Of a stretch of DNA of 64,000 bases, positions 60,264-64,000 are shown one piece after another. A program made the translations under genes and the position numbers. The stretch lies in NCBI GenBank assembly GCA_963697735.1, contig CAVOOZ010000004.1, positions 174,180 through 238,179 on the forward strand. The letters are read 5' to 3'. The notes under the pieces are model-generated. The model was given only the letters and a program-made list of their open reading frames with translations, did no database searches and was not told the DNA's origin. Origin of the DNA: an uncultured Actinomycetota bacterium. Lineage in GTDB: Bacteria; Actinomycetota; Actinomycetes; Actinomycetales; Dermatophilaceae. The stretch's first letter is position 1. The number at the start of each line of letters is the position of its first letter.

Positions 60264-60566
60264 ATGGGTTGCGCTCTCTTCGGGGCTCACTCGTACGGTT
60301 CCCTTCTGTGTCAAGAGGCCGTCGGGAGCGAGTTGCTGACGCTCGCGCAAGATCGCTCTCGGCGGGTGAGGGGGCAGCTCGCCGGATTCAGGACCAACCT
60401 GCCCGCTGACGTGCGCGCGCTCCTTGCCCGCGACACGTCCGCTGACGTCCGTTGGGAACTGACGATGAGCCGTCAACCCGAGTCCATCGCCGACGTCCTC
60501 CGCAATGACCCACATCCTGACGTCGTCGCCAATGTGGAGCAGTGGCAACCCGAGGAAGAGGCCTGA
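60264..60566 (+). CDS. Short HEAT/LRV-like repeat protein, probably a fragment
   Basis: Three LAxDxxxxVR-type repeats. Confidence 0.55.
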   Translation: MGCALFGAHSYGSLLCQEAVGSELLTLAQDRSRRVRGQLAGFRTNLPADVRALLARDTSADVRWELTMSRQPESIADVLRNDPHPDVVANVEQWQPEEEA

Positions 60567-60884
60567 GACTCACCGGACGCACGCTCCTGCCGCGGTCCGC
60601 TCGTTCAAGTGATGGTCTTGCGAGGTGCGTCAACCGCCGCCTGCCGACGCTCCGCGTCGCCTCCGGGGCCGGCACCGTGGATGTCGCTCGGGCACCCTCG
60701 ACTGGACCACCCTGAGGTGTCCGTCGACATCCGCGGCGAGCCCTCCCCGACCGCCGTGATCAGCGCCCCGGTGGCATACGGATTCGTGCCCCGCACGCGA
60801 CCTGGAGGACATCTGTGGCGGCGCGTATGCAAGGCAGAACCTTCCGCGCTGCGCGCCGCCGCCGACGCCTGGGGTGACAGGCGT

Positions 60885-62210
60885 TTAGGGGATGAGGATG
60901 GTGCGGGTGATGTGCTGGTTCGCTTCCCAGTAGGTCCGCCGGTCCGCGATGATCGGGTCGTCCGGCGATGGCTGGATCGCCCCGTCGGTGCGGACGGCGC
61001 GGGAGGTCACGGTGTGCCGGCCGCTGGGGACCTGACCCCAGTCGTAGGTCCAGAACTTCCACGCCAGACCTTGGGTCGGGCCGCCGTGTGGGCCGTCTGT
61101 GACCAGGTTGGCCTGACGCCAGGGGCCGCCGTCGATGGAGACCTCGACTCGTGCGATCGCACCACCCCAGGCGACGCCGATCACCCGGTAGCTGCTGCGG
61201 CCTGCCGTGACGGTGCGGGTGACCTTGGCCGGTGCTGACTTGAGCCGGAACGGGCCGACGGTCTGGAAGGTCCAGGTGACCTTGCCGGCGGCGTCGGTGC
61301 GTTCCCGGAAGGTGACGTAGTCGCGGGCCATGAACCGGCCGGCGAACCTGTGGTCGATCAGCTCGATGCGCGAGAGCCACTTCACGTTCGCCACCCCGTA
61401 CCAGCCGGGGGCGATGAGCCGGACGGGGAAGCCGTGCTCGACGGGCAGCGGTTGGCCGTTCATCTCGTAGCAGAGCAGGTTGCCCGGGGCCATCGCGGCA
61501 TCCATGGTCATGCTGCGGGCGAACTGCTCGGTGATGGTGATGTCCCACCGGGTGGGGTTGTCGGGGTCCGGTGTCCCGGTGCCCGTGGTGCCCGGGCTGA
61601 GGATGCCCGGGTTGTCGCGGATCGTGACGGTGCCGGAGTCGGTGCCCCAGAACACGACTTCCGCGGCGGCGCCGAGCGGTCTGGCCTGCTTCAGGATCGG
61701 TGCCAGCGCCGCGCCGCCCCAGATGGCGTTACCGACGGCGCCGGTGAAGACAGGGAAAGCGCTGTTGCCCGAGCACTCGAGGGTGAACTCCACATGTTTG
61801 CGTGGACGTGACTTCAGCCCGGCGAGTGACAGCGAGCCGGGTCGTGCGACCAGCCCGTCGATGCCGAGCCGCCACGTGGTGGGGTCGATGACGGGGTGGC
61901 CGTAGTGGCTGACGAAGAAGAAGTTGTTGGCCGGGGTCAGGCGGGTGGACAGCTGCTCCCAGACCTGTTGGTTGCCGACGCCGTTGCCCGGGGGGAACGG
62001 TGGCGGCTGGTCCTCCCACAGGAGCACCTGCTCGTTCGGGTGACCGGGGTAGGTTTCCGGCGGGTCGCCGTGTTGGCGTAGCCACGGCACCGAGTCGGCG
62101 CTGCCGCTACCCAGGGCCTGCGCCGGCCCGGAGATCTGCAAGACGGAGATCCCCGCGGCTGCCGTTCCCCCGGCCAGAAGACCGCGGCGACTGATGGACG
62201 TTGTGGACAT
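60885..62210 (-). CDS. Tat-exported sulfite-oxidase-family molybdoenzyme
   Basis: SRRGLL, FFFVSHY, TLECSGN, HGFPVRLIAPGWYGVANVKWL; GAGGAG RBS. Confidence 0.93.
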   Translation of the reverse strand: MSTTSISRRGLLAGGTAAAGISVLQISGPAQALGSGSADSVPWLRQHGDPPETYPGHPNEQVLLWEDQPPPFPPGNGVGNQQVWEQLSTRLTPANNFFFVSHYGHPVIDPTTWRLGIDGLVARPGSLSLAGLKSRPRKHVEFTLECSGNSAFPVFTGAVGNAIWGGAALAPILKQARPLGAAAEVVFWGTDSGTVTIRDNPGILSPGTTGTGTPDPDNPTRWDITITEQFARSMTMDAAMAPGNLLCYEMNGQPLPVEHGFPVRLIAPGWYGVANVKWLSRIELIDHRFAGRFMARDYVTFRERTDAAGKVTWTFQTVGPFRLKSAPAKVTRTVTAGRSSYRVIGVAWGGAIARVEVSIDGGPWRQANLVTDGPHGGPTQGLAWKFWTYDWGQVPSGRHTVTSRAVRTDGAIQPSPDDPIIADRRTYWEANQHITRTILIP

Positions 62211-62537
62211 GATGACTCCTCTTTTTCGGACACGTCGGACCTTTCGAATCTTTCGACGCTACGCGGGTGCGGCGCTGTCGGTACCGGGAAACGGGAAATC
62301 CGGGCTAGAGATCTCGCTCCTGGTCGCGGTGGTCATGCGGCTGCCCCTCGACGTCAGAGATCCGAACGGAGGTCAACCGCCACCGCCGTTTCACCCTGCG
62401 CACTCGGGATGGCGGAGAACGAGGAGATCCGGGGTCGCCTGCGCCGCCTGAAGAAGTAGCCCTTTCCGCCGCCTATCGACCGGTCCGAGTCCGCGCGAGG
62501 GCGTCTTTGTGAGGCTGCCGAGAGGTGCACAGACCGT

Positions 62538-63038
62538 TCAAGGACGAACGCGCGACGCCTCGTAAGCCGCAGCACCCACGGGGTCGGCTTTTGGGGCGAC
62601 CGGCGTGCCATCGACGGTGATTTCCGGGCTCTCCAAGAATTGGCCCTCGACCTGCATCCAGCCTTCTGGCGTACGCACCCACACGCCCCGCTCCCGGACG
62701 TGCGCGCGCCGCCGAACGGGCCGGTCGTCCGCGTCCAGCACCGTCGCCTCATTGTCCTCTGTGAACTCGATGGTCGCCCGGTCCCCGGCCAGCTGGAATG
62801 CGTCAACGACGAGAGTGAACTCGTGACTAGCTACCAGGCGGCCGAACCGCCACACGAAGTACGCCTGTGTCCCAGAACCCAGGAAGGGTTCGACCTGGCT
62901 GTCAGCGCGGACTCGCGAGCTTCTCGGGTCGAAGGCTGCGAAGAACGCGTTGACGTCCCGCGCCGCGATCGCCTCGGCGCACCTCTGGTAGGCCGCCTCG
63001 ATCTCGGAGCGCGCCGTCCCGACCTCGTCCCCGGTCAC
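62538..63038 (-). CDS. NTF2-like (DUF4440-type) protein
   Basis: EAIAARDVNAF, GDRATIE, VWVRTPEGW. Confidence 0.75.
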   Translation of the reverse strand: MTGDEVGTARSEIEAAYQRCAEAIAARDVNAFFAAFDPRSSRVRADSQVEPFLGSGTQAYFVWRFGRLVASHEFTLVVDAFQLAGDRATIEFTEDNEATVLDADDRPVRRRAHVRERGVWVRTPEGWMQVEGQFLESPEITVDGTPVAPKADPVGAAAYEASRVRP

Positions 63039-63117
63039 GGCACGAGCCTAGGTCGTGGCGCGGTGAGGGGACAAAGGCACAGGACCCCTGCTGGTCAAGA
63101 CGCGTATTTCGGCTGCT

Positions 63118-64000
63118 TCAGCTGGTGTCGGTGCTCAGAGCGGTCAGGACGTCCAGTTGTGCATGCTCGAGGACAACGTCCGCGGCCGAGGCGTTGGCCG
63201 TGATCTCATCGACGGTCTCGGCACCGACGATGGCGGAGGCGACCGCCGGGCGGGACAGAAGCCACGCGAGCGAAATCTGGTGGGGTCGCAGGCCCCACTC
63301 CTGGCTGAGTCTCTCGATGGCGCGTCCGACGTTCAGCTCTGCTTCGCTGAAGCCAGGACCCGAGAACCGCATGTCTCCTTGGACCTCGCGCTCCAGGACG
63401 CCCATCCCTGCGAGCAGGCCGCCGTGGAGGGGAGCGTACGGGACGAGGGAAAGGCCGAACTCGACGCATGCCGGAGCCAACTCGCGCTCGGCAGCGCGGT
63501 CGATGAGGTTGTACTTCACCTGGACACAGACGGGGGCGTGCAGGCGGCGGTCATCGGCGATCCACAACGCTTGAGTGACCTGCCACGCCGGATAGTTGGA
63601 GAGCGCGACGTACCGCAGTTTCCCCTGCCGTACCAGGTCGTCATACGTCGACAGGGTCTGCTCAAGAGCCGTGTCGGCGTCCGGGGCGTGCGCGTAGTAC
63701 AGGTCGATGTAGTCCGTTCCCAGCCTGGCCAGGCTGTTCTCGACTTGCTGGATGATGTGCCGGCGCGAGAGCCCATGGTCGTTCACGCCCGGCCCGACCA
63801 CTTCGCGCGATTTCGTGGCCACCACCACCTCGTCGCGCCGACCGGCGAGCGCTCGCCCGAGGATGAGCTCCGCAGGCTGGCGCTCGGACGCGGGCGGCGC
63901 GCCCGCCCGGTCGAAGGTGGGCATGTGGCCGTAGACGTTCGCGGTGTCGAAGAAGTTGATCCCCAGCTCCAGCGCGGCATGGACCACGCGCTCGGCGTCG
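63118..64000 (-). CDS. Aldo/keto reductase, 5' end beyond the window
   Basis: GINFFDTANVYG, VATK, LGTDYIDLYYAH, YAPLHGGLL. Confidence 0.93.
   Translation of the reverse strand, partial: DAERVVHAALELGINFFDTANVYGHMPTFDRAGAPPASERQPAELILGRALAGRRDEVVVATKSREVVGPGVNDHGLSRRHIIQQVENSLARLGTDYIDLYYAHAPDADTALEQTLSTYDDLVRQGKLRYVALSNYPAWQVTQALWIADDRRLHAPVCVQVKYNLIDRAAERELAPACVEFGLSLVPYAPLHGGLLAGMGVLEREVQGDMRFSGPGFSEAELNVGRAIERLSQEWGLRPHQISLAWLLSRPAVASAIVGAETVDEITANASAADVVLEHAQLDVLTALSTDTS

Overview
High-GC actinobacterial DNA. This assignment is inferred from codon pattern, a mycothiol-dependent enzyme, SARP/BTAD regulators and many leaderless TANNNT promoters. The window has three zones. (1) 1-6 kb holds a HerA/DUF87-like ATPase cut by the window edge, two small genes and a fused double ABC exporter. 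(2) About 6.1-29.1 kb is a coherent catabolic cluster: P450 + ferredoxin + reductase, three SDRs, a HAPMO-like Baeyer-Villiger monooxygenase, two alpha/beta hydrolases, an ADP-forming acyl-CoA ligase, a three-part biotin carboxylase, an acyl-CoA dehydrogenase, a split SsuABC-like transporter, a YeiH-type exporter, LysR and TetR. Two matching LysR-box/TTGACA promoter units and a double palindromic operator can be read directly from the sequence. (3) About 29-64 kb is a mosaic accessory region with many frameshifted or truncated genes. It contains a decayed tyrosine recombinase with a toxin-antitoxin pair, a SARP-STAND-WD40 regulator facing secreted proteins, and an intact IS110 element. The strongest signal is the IS110 left non-coding end: it folds like a bridge RNA and carries four short segments matching the element's own junctions, so its target and donor specificity can be predicted. 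No rRNA, tRNA or CRISPR array was seen. All calls come from motif reading by eye, without database searches.
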